A DNA stretch of 36,652 bases, from the sequence record SRR31156797_2820; one strand, written 5' to 3'. The position numbers were made by a program, and so were the translations under genes. Below the pieces are notes generated by a model that was given only the letters and a program-made list of their open reading frames with translations, ran no database searches and was not told the origin of the DNA. Every line of letters starts with the position of its first letter. Position 1 is the stretch's first letter. Shown in pieces: positions 1 through 10,350 of the stretch.

Positions 1-193
1 CGTAAATTTCAGTACGATTACATGTTGATAAAACAATCATACCTTCAATTTCGTTGTTTTTAGCCTCCTTCAGTAAATTTTCCTGATCTTCAGCAGATAA
101 AGAAAATTTTCCCCTTACATCGAGAGCCGTTTTTCTATAGCTAATTCCTAGTACAAATAATTTTTGTAAATTTTCTCGAATTTCTAATGACAT
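1..193 (-). CDS. hemA: Glutamyl-tRNA reductase, N-terminal part (runs off window start)
   Basis: Not in the ORF track. Manual minus-strand translation from ATG at 193 gives MSLEIRENLQKLFVLGISYRKTALDVRGKFS...IVLSTCNRTEIY, containing the HemA catalytic STCNRTE motif. Confidence 0.92.
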   Translation of the reverse strand, partial: MSLEIRENLQKLFVLGISYRKTALDVRGKFSLSAEDQENLLKEAKNNEIEGMIVLSTCNRTEIY

Positions 194-256
194 AAAAACG
201 GAATTTGTTTTAAGGTTTAGCACACTTGCCATATAATTTGGTGCCACAACCAGTGC

Positions 257-264
257 CAAATATA
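257..264 (-). promoter_or_regulatory. Putative Bacteroidota -7 promoter element for hemA
   Basis: TATATTTG on the minus strand matches TAnnTTTG, about 65 nt upstream of the hemA ATG. No well-spaced -33 element seen. Confidence 0.45.
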
Positions 265-478
265 AAGGTAATAATTCAAAAATCCTTGCATTTGCTATAA
301 GTATACAAAGTATTATTAAGCACTTTGTATTTTATGAAAACCACAAAAACTCTAAAAGGATTTTAATATCTTAAATACCAAAATAATCGACATTAATTCA
401 TAATTTTCCTATTACCAATATATTTATTCATTTAAAATAAATATAAATTTGTGGAACGATATTTTTAGATAATTACAC

Positions 479-1312
479 ATGAATAAAACGTCTTTTAACG
501 GAAATAAAAAAGTAAGTATTTTGGGTTGTGGGTGGTTAGGACTTCCATTGGCTGAATATTTTATAAGGAACCAGTATGCTGTTAATGGTTCTGTTGCAGG
601 TATAGAGAAGATTGAACTGCTTAAAAAAGCAGGTATTATTCCCTATCACATTAATCTGAATCCGAATCTGAATTTAGGTTTTGATAAAGAGTTTTTCAAT
701 TCAAAAATACTAATTGTCAATTTTCCACCTAAAAGAAGAGATGATATTATTGATTTTCATGAGAAACAGGTCCTCTCGCTATTAAGTGTCATAAAAGGTT
801 CTTCGGTGAAAAAAGTAATATTTGTTAGTTCAACATCGGTTTATGCCAATACTAATTCTATTGTGGACGAATTAAATGTGGATACACCCGATAAGAACAG
901 TGGAAAAGCTTTAAGAATAGTAGAAGAATTGTTTCAAAATGAAAATTCGTTTGATACTACAATAATTAGGTTTGGTGGTTTAATTGGTTACGACCGCAAA
1001 CCAGGTAGATTTTTCGCTGGAAAAAAACAGGTGAAAGATGGTGAATCTCCAGTTAATTTAATCCATCGGGACGATTGTATTGGAATAATAAATCATATAA
1101 TTGAAAATGAATTATGGGGAGAAATCTTTAATGCTTGTTGTCCGGAACATCCTAAAAGAAAAGATTTTTATAAACATGCTGCAAAGCTTGGTGGTTTTGA
1201 ACTTCCAGAATTTTCATTAACAAAAGAACAATTTAAGATTATTAGTTCAGAGAAATTAATTAAAACCGCTGGATATTTATTTCAATTTTCTAACCCTATT
1301 GATGCGCTATAA
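479..1312 (+). CDS. NAD(P)-dependent epimerase/dehydratase, atypical SDR (YeeZ-like)
   Basis: N-terminal ILGCGWLG Rossmann motif; FVSSTSVY, IIRFGGLIG and VNLIHRDD motifs. Confidence 0.85.
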   Translation: MNKTSFNGNKKVSILGCGWLGLPLAEYFIRNQYAVNGSVAGIEKIELLKKAGIIPYHINLNPNLNLGFDKEFFNSKILIVNFPPKRRDDIIDFHEKQVLSLLSVIKGSSVKKVIFVSSTSVYANTNSIVDELNVDTPDKNSGKALRIVEELFQNENSFDTTIIRFGGLIGYDRKPGRFFAGKKQVKDGESPVNLIHRDDCIGIINHIIENELWGEIFNACCPEHPKRKDFYKHAAKLGGFELPEFSLTKEQFKIISSEKLIKTAGYLFQFSNPIDAL

Positions 1313-1686
1313 TTATAGACCTAAAGTTAAACTTCATATACACATCACTAAACCATTATTTAAAAACACCTTAAGTATTATTATCTTGTTTGATTTTGGA
1401 TAATAATTAGTTGTGCGAATATGTTATTTGCAATTTTCTTATTAACCATTCTCACTCATTCTTTCGCAAATAATATAATAATCCTTATTGTCTAAATAGA
1501 CACTTACTTATTGATTTATTAATAAAATATGATAGTTTTAAAAATTATTAAACAAATGAGTGTTGATTTTACTTTTTAAACTAAAAAAAGATATAATCAT
1601 CCTTTATTTTAATACTATAATCAATTTAATGTAAACTCTTTAAGTATTTTAATTACTTTAGAACTGAAGAGAGATATTATTAAAAA

Positions 1687-1983
1687 ATGGTTTATTTACT
1701 CATTAAACAACCAACTAGGGATATTAACTCCTGGAAAAAAGCGTTCAATCGATTTTTAGATTATCGAAAAATCGGAGGAGAGCTTTCTTGTGATATATAT
1801 GAAACCCCAAAAAAGGAAAACGAACTAATTGTCCTTTCTAAATGGACATGCATGAACGATGTTAAGGAGTTTCTCTCGTCGCAATCTTTTGAAATGATTA
1901 AGGAATTGGAAAAAGAAGAACCTCTTACTGTAAAACTTCTTAACAGACAATCTCTTGGAAAATACATTCAGGATCTACATTAA
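1687..1983 (+). CDS. Small protein, probable ABM-like dimeric alpha/beta-barrel fold
   Basis: 98 aa with pattern WKKAF...DIYE...NELIVLSKW...VKEFLSS, resembling ABM-superfamily proteins. Confidence 0.5.
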   Translation: MVYLLIKQPTRDINSWKKAFNRFLDYRKIGGELSCDIYETPKKENELIVLSKWTCMNDVKEFLSSQSFEMIKELEKEEPLTVKLLNRQSLGKYIQDLH

Positions 1984-2484
1984 ATCCTCTACCCTAATTA
2001 TCAAATCAGAATTTATTTCTTTTATCGTTGAAAGAGTTAAATCGCACAAAACTTCTCCAAAAGCCTTATCATACAAGCTGTTTTCTAATGAATTTATATA
2101 CTCTGATAAATTCATTTCATTTTGATCTCCATTGTTGATTTTTTTATAATATTCGATAATTTGAATCTCATTCAAATTAAACTGATCATCGTATAAAAGA
2201 GGTGTAATACTAATGCTATCATCCAGAAAAATCTTTCTTATCTCTTCCGAAACAGAGTTAATGTATGAGTTTAATACATCAATAATATCCTCGTAATTAT
2301 CAATTACTTTTGAATTCTTAATTTCATTTAAATCGTTGAAAGCATCGGAAATAAATGAACTCAATACAACCAGATATTCCTCAAGTTTATCCAAGTGATT
2401 ACCCTTTACACCTGGCTGCAATTTATAGAACTCAATAATGTTCTGTATGATCTCGTAATTATACCTATCAGTATTCAATTTCAA
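1975..2484 (-). CDS. Hypothetical acidic protein
   Basis: 169-aa ORF. Its start overlaps the upstream PHP-ACT stop (ATGA), implying translational coupling. No motif recognised. Confidence 0.6.
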   Translation of the reverse strand: MKLNTDRYNYEIIQNIIEFYKLQPGVKGNHLDKLEEYLVVLSSFISDAFNDLNEIKNSKVIDNYEDIIDVLNSYINSVSEEIRKIFLDDSISITPLLYDDQFNLNEIQIIEYYKKINNGDQNEMNLSEYINSLENSLYDKAFGEVLCDLTLSTIKEINSDLIIRVEDLM

Positions 2485-4202
2485 TTGTTGTTTTTATTCT
2501 TAACTCCATTTAAATGCAGATGTGTTGCCTCAAAAAATTGTGGACCTAATTTGCCTAGAATATTACTTGTTAGCTGCGCATCTCCTTCGACACCTAGTAT
2601 CGCGTAGCCTTTATTCCCTCTATGTCCCAATTGTAAATTAAGAATATTTATATTCTGAGAGGCTAAAGCAGAAAGCAAAATTAACAAAACTCCTGAAGAA
2701 TTATTATGAACAGAAAGTATCATTTGTTGATTTATTGCAATAGGTAAATTAACACCATCAACTTCTAATAAATAATTTTCACCTTTTTTCAGCTTGGGTA
2801 TCTCAAAATTATCACCAATTCTAATATTTATAAAACTATCTCCACCGGTTCCTTCAACAAATTCAACTGCCTCCCTTATAGAATCATCATTACCAGATAA
2901 GGTTAGAAAGGCTGTGGCTGTTCCATCGTTATTCGAATTTAAATAAGCAGTTTCAACATTTATTTCTTCAGAAGCCAAAGCATTAAAAATCACGGAAAGA
3001 ACACCTGGTTCATCTTTATGGTGAGATAAAAGACCTTTAACTTTATCTTTGGGTGATTCAGGAATGATATTACTAATAGTCACCGATCTATTTCCTTTCC
3101 GAATACGAATTGCTTCGAATTCACCTAAGGAAGTGGAATTTTTATGATGCTCAAGAAAAGTTCTAAAAGATCCACCAAATGAAAATTTAGGAATTCGTCT
3201 TTGTTTACTATTCTCGAAACGTAAATTCAACATTTCAATTCCAAGATTCATTACTTTATACTTCTCTTCTTTAAAGCCGGTACTTCGCAATGGGCGCTTT
3301 TCGGGAATGCACTTCGAAAAACTCAAATAATGCTTGTATCCAGCTTCATATGCATATTGAATTCCCTCCTTGTAGTGATTTCCCAAATTTTGAATTGTAT
3401 GAGTATCGGTTCCTAACGAAATAGGTATATCCAACTGTTTGGCTCTTTTCAGAATCGATGGATCCGGATAAATACCACAGCCTTTGTTTATACCAGCTAG
3501 ATTAACATCCAGAGCAAGATTGTATTCACTTATCATTTCCAATAAATACCTCATCCTACGCGCAAGAATATGATTTGAAGTTTCCAACTCTTTCAATGGG
3601 GCTGGAACAGGTACAAATAGTTTAGGAAGATCTATATGTCCGATAACCTGAATCATTTCCCAGGACGAATCCACCATCTCAACCAACTCTTCAATATATC
3701 CTAACCAATAGTTGTCAACACTTCCTCTTAGTTTTATTAACGCTTCAGCTTCTTCTACGGAGCCATCATAAGGAATTCCCTCCTTTGAAAAATGAAGGGA
3801 AGCAATCACGAAATCTGCATTCTGAGCCTGGAAAATCTTAGAACGATTCCATTGCAGTCCCAAATCTGCACCCAACCACTCTAATTCTATTCCATATCGT
3901 ATGCAAATTTCATCTCCGTATTTCTGTTTTAATTCCTCTATTATATTGGGATAGTTAAAATAGGCATTATCGCCGCGAATAAACTTTATATCCAATCTTT
4001 TTTCTGCTGCATATCGAAAACGAGTTAACCTTGGTGTATGAATGATAAAAGTGATATTTGGATGAGCTTTCTCAATCGCCAATTCTGTGATTTTTTCCAG
4101 CTCATCAACACCATGTTTAACATGATCGTTTCCTGTACCGGCGTGAATTCCATGGGTTTCCCAAATAAAATATTCAGGTTGATTTGTGGTATTTTGTGGC
4201 AT
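2481..4202 (-). CDS. PHP-family (HisJ/HisK histidinol-phosphatase-like) phosphoesterase fused to two ACT domains
   Basis: PHP motifs GIELEW, SLHF, IGHIDLPK, LGTDTH. C-terminal HKDEPGVLSVIFNALASEEINV and HNNSSGVLLILLSALASQNINI are ACT signatures. Confidence 0.8.
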   Translation of the reverse strand: MPQNTTNQPEYFIWETHGIHAGTGNDHVKHGVDELEKITELAIEKAHPNITFIIHTPRLTRFRYAAEKRLDIKFIRGDNAYFNYPNIIEELKQKYGDEICIRYGIELEWLGADLGLQWNRSKIFQAQNADFVIASLHFSKEGIPYDGSVEEAEALIKLRGSVDNYWLGYIEELVEMVDSSWEMIQVIGHIDLPKLFVPVPAPLKELETSNHILARRMRYLLEMISEYNLALDVNLAGINKGCGIYPDPSILKRAKQLDIPISLGTDTHTIQNLGNHYKEGIQYAYEAGYKHYLSFSKCIPEKRPLRSTGFKEEKYKVMNLGIEMLNLRFENSKQRRIPKFSFGGSFRTFLEHHKNSTSLGEFEAIRIRKGNRSVTISNIIPESPKDKVKGLLSHHKDEPGVLSVIFNALASEEINVETAYLNSNNDGTATAFLTLSGNDDSIREAVEFVEGTGGDSFINIRIGDNFEIPKLKKGENYLLEVDGVNLPIAINQQMILSVHNNSSGVLLILLSALASQNINILNLQLGHRGNKGYAILGVEGDAQLTSNILGKLGPQFFEATHLHLNGVKNKNNN

Positions 4203-4283
4203 TTTGTTGTGGTTTCGATTAATAGTCGAGTAAAATTAATCATTTGATTAGAAATTGAAAGAAGTATGAAAAATAGAATGCAT

Positions 4284-4316
4284 AAAAAATCCCGTCCCTA
4301 CAAAGAGAGACGGGGG
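4284..4316 (-). terminator. Rho-independent terminator of the RND/TolC/beta-barrel operon
   Basis: Minus strand CCCGTCTCTCTTTGTAGGGACGGGA followed by a T run. Confidence 0.7.
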
Positions 4317-4390
4317 AATCGAAGCACCCACTACAATAACTTCGATTAACCAAACAAGTTATTTATTTACCCAAAAATCATATAACTAGA

Positions 4391-5263
4391 TCACAGACCA
4401 AGCGAAATACCAATTTTTAAGTATAAGTCATTATCTAAATCATATTTCTTAACGCTATCTTTTTCATTAAGGAGTTCAAATTTTCGATAAAAAGTAAAAC
4501 CAGAGCTAAGATTAAATTTTAGCATTTTGTATAGCTTTTGTGTTAGCATTATACCTCCTCCTAAGTTCATGATTCGAATATTATCTATTTTTTTTTCCTC
4601 CTTATACAAATCTTCACTTAGCGTATAATTATCTCCAACCATAGTTAAATTGGCCGCAATTTCTGTATTATTTCCTGCTTTGTAATTGACTTTAAGATTT
4701 GGAAATCCAAAGTTAAATGACCACTTTTCGTTGTATTGCCACATCAAACTAAACATGGGCAAAGGTGCAGGAACTCCAGTTGTTGATGAATACATAAGCC
4801 CGAATTGAAGATCTACATTAGGCTTTACTTTTTTCATCATCATGAACATTCCCATTAGTCGAATATCATTCCACTGAACAGAAGATGTTAAATTTGAAGA
4901 AATCCTTGGTGAGATCATCCCCATCATTGCCCAATTATTTTTCAATTTCTTCATATATCCCATAGAGTAAGATATTGTGTGAAATTGTTCCAATTCTTTA
5001 AAATTTAAATCGCTAATCGGATAATCTATATTTGTTTGAGCATATTCAAATTTACTTATCAATAAATTTCTCTGATTTTTTAACCTTATGGGCATAGCAA
5101 ACCGGATACTATACTTGTCAAATCTCACACTATTCTTCGAATTATTATTACCTAAACTGATATAGTCAAAACCAGCAATTTCCTTTTTCATCTGCGCACG
5201 TGTAGCGCTAGAAATTAGCAAAATAAATAGAATTATAACTATTTTTCTTTGGTCAACATCCAT
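4391..5263 (-). CDS. Outer-membrane beta-barrel protein (DUF6268-like)
   Basis: Signal peptide ending TRAQ; alternating amphipathic strands; PAPLP...W..NEKWSFNFGFP motif; C-terminal strand YLKIGISLGL. Confidence 0.7.
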   Translation of the reverse strand: MDVDQRKIVIILFILLISSATRAQMKKEIAGFDYISLGNNNSKNSVRFDKYSIRFAMPIRLKNQRNLLISKFEYAQTNIDYPISDLNFKELEQFHTISYSMGYMKKLKNNWAMMGMISPRISSNLTSSVQWNDIRLMGMFMMMKKVKPNVDLQFGLMYSSTTGVPAPLPMFSLMWQYNEKWSFNFGFPNLKVNYKAGNNTEIAANLTMVGDNYTLSEDLYKEEKKIDNIRIMNLGGGIMLTQKLYKMLKFNLSSGFTFYRKFELLNEKDSVKKYDLDNDLYLKIGISLGL

Positions 5264-5287
5264 TTTTCTACATCTATAAAAATGATT

Positions 5288-6535
5288 TTATTGCTCCAAT
5301 AACACACCACTAATTCTCTGAATATTGAGCTCAGATAATTTCGAATCATAACGTGCTGTTGCTTTTTTATTTTTAGCTTCTACCAAATTTAACTGAGCCT
5401 CGCGAAATGTTGTTGATGTTACTTGCCCCAATTGATAGTATTCTTTCGTTTGATCAAAATTCAACTGGGCAGCTTCCAAAGCATCCTCTTCCAAAGCCAA
5501 TACTTTAATATTGTATTGATAGTCAGCAAAAGCATTTACCAAATCTTTTTCCAATTCTAAAATGGTATTCTCATACTCATATTCAGTAATTTGTTTTTCA
5601 ATTCTGGCATTCGCTATTTCAGTCCTTTTTCTCTTTCCATCGAAAATATTAAAGCTCATTGTAAGTCCACCAGTTAATTGTGTATTTGAGTTTGATCCTG
5701 CAATATTATTTTCATAATAAGAATACGAGGAGTTCAATTTTAATGATGGCAACTGTCCAGATTTGGCTTGCTTAATTGCAGTTTCATCCTGACGTAACAC
5801 ATTCGCTTTAAGTAAATATTCAGCATTTTGCTCCAATGTTAATTTTTTTAACTTAACTAGATTAAACTCTTGAAATTTTGTCTGGTCCGGAATTAACTGA
5901 ATAGTAGTTTCCGCTTTTCTACCCAATAGTAGATTCAGATCTCTCATAGCTTCCTCGTAAACCTGTTGAGATTTTAAATAACTGCTACTATCTCTGTTAA
6001 AATCAACCTTCGCGTTTAATACTTCCAATTTATTAATATTTCCAAACTCATATTTCGTTTCATTTCTACGTAATCTTTCTTTTGATATTTCAAGGTTTTC
6101 ATTGGTAACCTCTAAATCATCATAAGATTTACTTAGTTGGTAAAAGCTGGATATTACATTGGCAATTGTATTTTCAATATTATATCGAGCTGTAAACTCT
6201 CCTTGTTCTTTCTGAAGATTAAGAATTTTATATTTATATCGTCCACCTAAACCGTCGAACAAAGTATATGAGAAATTCAATGCTCCAGATGAAGAGATTT
6301 CATCAGCACTATACTCAGTATAATTTACTCCTCCACTAGCACTTAGGGTAGGTAATAAGCCTGCATTTCCTTTTGTCGCATTATTATCAGAAATTTGTGC
6401 CTGATTCTTAGCTACTTTAATATTTAAATTATTGCTTAAAGCAATTTGTATTGCAGATTCTAAGGTTAAAGCCTCTTGAGCGAACAATGGAGTCGAAAAC
6501 ATCAGGAATCCTATTAATATCCTTATCTTTTTCAT
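5288..6535 (-). CDS. TolC-family outer-membrane efflux protein
   Basis: LTLESAIQIALSNN start, two OEP repeats (LLPTLS...YTLFDG; QLPSL...FNIFDG), RNETKYEFG and YYQLG motifs. Confidence 0.92.
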   Translation of the reverse strand: MKKIRILIGFLMFSTPLFAQEALTLESAIQIALSNNLNIKVAKNQAQISDNNATKGNAGLLPTLSASGGVNYTEYSADEISSSGALNFSYTLFDGLGGRYKYKILNLQKEQGEFTARYNIENTIANVISSFYQLSKSYDDLEVTNENLEISKERLRRNETKYEFGNINKLEVLNAKVDFNRDSSSYLKSQQVYEEAMRDLNLLLGRKAETTIQLIPDQTKFQEFNLVKLKKLTLEQNAEYLLKANVLRQDETAIKQAKSGQLPSLKLNSSYSYYENNIAGSNSNTQLTGGLTMSFNIFDGKRKRTEIANARIEKQITEYEYENTILELEKDLVNAFADYQYNIKVLALEEDALEAAQLNFDQTKEYYQLGQVTSTTFREAQLNLVEAKNKKATARYDSKLSELNIQRISGVLLEQ

Positions 6536-6674
6536 TTGTTACTAATTTAATTTTTCACTTATCCTTTTCCATAAACTAATAAAAGAAGATGGCATTAACA
6601 TCAGATTAATTACATCTTAAGACATAACAGAATTTCACCCGTCAAATAAATCTGAAAAGCCAAATATTTAAAGT

Positions 6675-7133
6675 TTATAATTCGATATTTTGAATGGTGT
6701 CTTCATCTTGAATTCTGAATTTTGCCGCGTGAAATTTTGGAGGTCCAAAAAATCCTTTTGCATTATTAGAAACGCCAACTTTTTCCATAGGTCTTCCTTT
6801 ACTATTAAGATCCAACTCATTGTTGCCATTTTCATCATGAAAACACATAATTGCATAAGTTCCTGCTTTTATGCTTTCAAAATTCACACTTGCTTTTCCA
6901 TTCACAATTATTACCGTTTTACGAAAACAAGGATTTTTTAAATAACTGTCAGCATTACTGTATATTTCTACTATTACTTGCCCTTTGTCTGATCTCAATC
7001 CGGATACCAGTACCTTTATTGAATTGTTATTTTCTAAAGCAATTGCTGCTGCCTGCTCTAAGCTTAATACTTCTTGTGCAAACAATGAAGTTGATATCAG
7101 ACTAAAAATTATAATTATTTTGATTTTTTTCAT
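6675..7133 (-). CDS. DUF2141-like secreted protein with a TolC-like N-terminal segment
   Basis: GTYAIMCFHDENGNNELD...PMEKVGVSNN...FGPPKF is the DUF2141 pattern. Start placed at ATG 7133 (signal peptide MKKIKII...FAQ) rather than the track's 7169. Confidence 0.8.
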   Translation of the reverse strand: MKKIKIIIIFSLISTSLFAQEVLSLEQAAAIALENNNSIKVLVSGLRSDKGQVIVEIYSNADSYLKNPCFRKTVIIVNGKASVNFESIKAGTYAIMCFHDENGNNELDLNSKGRPMEKVGVSNNAKGFFGPPKFHAAKFRIQDEDTIQNIEL

Positions 7134-7221
7134 TCCGTCATTTTTTAAAACTGTCAACCCTAGCAACATTGACTCAATTAGTTTTAATTGGTTTAATCTC
7201 TTTGTAATTTAAATTGAAAAA

Positions 7222-10200
7222 CTAATTCATCATATTCCTTACCGCTGGTTCCACACTTTCTCTTGAAGGCATAATACCCGTTTTTAAATATTGCCAACGA
7301 CGTCTTAATGAGTTAACAACAATCAATAACACGGGCAATAGCAATAAGTTAAGAAACGTAGCAACCGCCATACCGTAGGCCATCGAAATTGCCATAGGAA
7401 TTACCATACCAGCCTCTGGATCATTTGAAACAATAAGTGGTGCCAATCCAACAATTGTAGTAATTGAGGTTAATACAATTGGTCTAAAACGAGAAACTGC
7501 TGTATCGAAAACCGATAAAACATAATCCTTACCAGATTTGAGATTTTCATTTAGTGTACTAATTAATACTATAGAATCATTAACCATTACACCCATTAGT
7601 GCAACCATTCCTAAATAAGAAGAGATATCAAGTGGAATACCATGAATCCAGTGTCCCCAACCCACTCCAATAAATCCAAATGGAATTAATGTAAAAATTA
7701 AAAAAGTTTGTGAAACTGATTTAAAAGTGAAAATAACAATTGAAAAGATTAATATTAAAAACACCGGTGCAATAAGAATTCCAGATGCTCCCGCCTTAGC
7801 CATTTCTTCAGTTTTCCCTTGAAATCTATGCTTTAATCCTGAGTACTTGGCTTCTAATGTTGGTAATATTTGTTCTTTTAACTCTGCATTTATGAGTCCA
7901 AGATTAACACTCGCACTTGTTATATCAGCCTGAATTGTAATTTCTCTTTGACCATTAAGGTGATTAATTTTAACCAGATTCCTTTCATAATCAAGGTTTG
8001 CAATATCCTTTAAAAAATACTCGCCCCCTGCAGACGTTCGAATCCGCATATTTTCCAGATTTCCGATGGAGGATCTATCCTTTTTTTCATATCGAACCCA
8101 GACACGAACCTCATCAATTCCTCTTTGCAATCTCTGCACTTCTTTACCGTAAAAAGCTGTTCGAACCTGAGCAGTTACAGAATTTAGGTTTAAACCTAAT
8201 TTATAAGCATTAGGTGTTAAGCTTAAATTGACTTCACGCATCCCTAACTGATCGTTATCAATAACATTTTTAAGCCCTTCTATTTTAGATAATGTTGATT
8301 TTAACTCCTCTTTTGCCAGATCCAGTTCCTCCAAATTGCTACTTTGCAAGGAAACAGAAATAGGCTTCCCAAAATGACTTTCCTGAACGAAATTAAGACG
8401 TTCTGCCTGAGGAATCTCACCAACATTTCTACTTATTGCATTTGAAAACTCGCCAGATTGAAAATCTCTTTTATCAGTTCCTAAAATATACACTGTAATT
8501 TTACCAACAGAAGTAGAGGTAAGATCCGTTTTGATATTCTCAATAATAGGTTCACCCGTTAAGCTTTGATCTTGAAATTCCTCACCTGTTAGAATTGCTG
8601 CTTTTTCAATAATAGCCAAATATTTTAGAGTTTCACTCTCTGGCGTACCTGCGGGCATCTCCAATTCAATATTAGTGTAGTTTGTATCATCAATCGAACT
8701 ATCTCCACTAATAATTATACCTCCTTGATATGCTCCAAGGGTTACTGCCATCACACCTAATGCAATTGCAATGGTAAGCATCTTATTGTTAATACAAAAT
8801 CGACTAAGAGGCTCAAAACTTACTCTTCGAATCCACAATACCGCATTTGTTGTATAGCTCTCAAACTTCGATACTTTTTTATCACTTTTTAAAGCTTTAG
8901 AATGTATAACATGTGATGGCAGAATCAAGAATGCTTCAACAAGAGAGAAAACCAAAGCAAAAATAACAACAAATGCCAGTTCGATAAAAAACTGTCCTAA
9001 CCTACCTTCAATAAAAAAGAAAGCTGTAAAGGCAACAATTGTTGTTAGCACAGCCGAAAAGACTGCTGGTAAAACCTCCATAGTTCCATCTATACCAGCC
9101 TGTAGTGCAGACTTTCCTTTTTCGTAATGTTGAAAAATATTCTCACAAATTACGATACCATCATCAACCAGAATCCCTACGACCAATATCATTCCAAACA
9201 ACGAAATTTTATTCAAGGTGACACCATACATTGCTGCTACCATAAACATTCCGAAAAATGAAATTGGAATTCCCAATGCCACCCAAAAGGATAATCGATG
9301 GTTCAAGAATAACGACAGGAAAATTAAAACCATAACAAATCCCATCAAGCCATTCTCCAATAAAATATCCAGCATTGTTCTTACCGATGAAGAGTTGTCA
9401 AATAAGATATCCAGCTTTACATTCTCGTGCTTACTATTGAAGTCCGTTGCATATATTTTTAAATTTTCCGAAATAGAAAGAATATCCTCTCGAGAAGTAT
9501 GAGAAACAGTAATACTTACTGCTGCATTACCGTCAACATAGGTTCTATTCGGTGTTTCCGACCATTTATCCTTAATTTTACAAACATCCATCAACCGAAT
9601 GGTTCCGCCTTCGTTTTGTGAACGAATGATGATTCCTTTTAATAGTTCAGAATAGTAGTTCTTTTCTCGAACTCTAATTTTCAATTCCTCATCTGATCCT
9701 TTAATCGAGCCACCCGTAATTTCAATATTTTCATTTGCTACGGCATTGTAAATATCATCGAAGGTCAAATCATAAGCAATTAATGCTTCTTCATCGATAC
9801 TAATCTCAATCTCTTCATCTGGAAAACCCGATAATGTTACTTTTGAGATTCCATCGATTCCTCTCAAATCATTCTCTATTTGTCGAGCATATGATTTTAA
9901 GATTTTCAAACTTAAATCGCCATTAAGCGTCATATTAACAGCCAAAAGCTCAAACTCTCTTTTTTTAACACTAATAGATTCAACACCTACTGGGAAAGAA
10001 CTAATCCCATCAACAGCATTCTTCACATCCTGCAAAGCGAGGTTTCCATCGTAACCCGACTCAATTGTAACTGTTATGACAGCTGAATTTTCTGTTGAAG
10101 AAGAAGTTGTTTTATCAATTCCACTAATTCCCTTAAGGTTATCTTCAATTTTAAGGGTAACTCCTTTTTCAACCTCTTCGGGTGAAGCACCTGGATAACT

Positions 10201-10350
10201 TGCCGTAACAGTAATTACTCCTGGATCTATTTGAGGCATCACAGTAGTGTTTAACTGCGAAATACCTGCCCATCCTAAAAGAAAGAAAACAACAGCAAGT
10301 AAGTTTCCCGCAAAAGGATTTTTTATAAAATATGCAACTAAAGCTTTCAT
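7222..10350 (-). CDS. RND transporter permease (AcrB/AcrD/AcrF superfamily)
   Basis: 1042 aa; YPGASPEEVE, GILVDDGIVICENI, VNDSIVL and RFRPIVLTSITT motifs. Confidence 0.95.
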   Translation of the reverse strand: MKALVAYFIKNPFAGNLLAVVFFLLGWAGISQLNTTVMPQIDPGVITVTASYPGASPEEVEKGVTLKIEDNLKGISGIDKTTSSSTENSAVITVTIESGYDGNLALQDVKNAVDGISSFPVGVESISVKKREFELLAVNMTLNGDLSLKILKSYARQIENDLRGIDGISKVTLSGFPDEEIEISIDEEALIAYDLTFDDIYNAVANENIEITGGSIKGSDEELKIRVREKNYYSELLKGIIIRSQNEGGTIRLMDVCKIKDKWSETPNRTYVDGNAAVSITVSHTSREDILSISENLKIYATDFNSKHENVKLDILFDNSSSVRTMLDILLENGLMGFVMVLIFLSLFLNHRLSFWVALGIPISFFGMFMVAAMYGVTLNKISLFGMILVVGILVDDGIVICENIFQHYEKGKSALQAGIDGTMEVLPAVFSAVLTTIVAFTAFFFIEGRLGQFFIELAFVVIFALVFSLVEAFLILPSHVIHSKALKSDKKVSKFESYTTNAVLWIRRVSFEPLSRFCINNKMLTIAIALGVMAVTLGAYQGGIIISGDSSIDDTNYTNIELEMPAGTPESETLKYLAIIEKAAILTGEEFQDQSLTGEPIIENIKTDLTSTSVGKITVYILGTDKRDFQSGEFSNAISRNVGEIPQAERLNFVQESHFGKPISVSLQSSNLEELDLAKEELKSTLSKIEGLKNVIDNDQLGMREVNLSLTPNAYKLGLNLNSVTAQVRTAFYGKEVQRLQRGIDEVRVWVRYEKKDRSSIGNLENMRIRTSAGGEYFLKDIANLDYERNLVKINHLNGQREITIQADITSASVNLGLINAELKEQILPTLEAKYSGLKHRFQGKTEEMAKAGASGILIAPVFLILIFSIVIFTFKSVSQTFLIFTLIPFGFIGVGWGHWIHGIPLDISSYLGMVALMGVMVNDSIVLISTLNENLKSGKDYVLSVFDTAVSRFRPIVLTSITTIVGLAPLIVSNDPEAGMVIPMAISMAYGMAVATFLNLLLLPVLLIVVNSLRRRWQYLKTGIMPSRESVEPAVRNMMN

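Noticed and set aside
227-260. Sigma-54 promoter from TGGCAC motifs
   Set aside because: The GG-N10-GC spacing is not satisfied for either TGGCAC copy.
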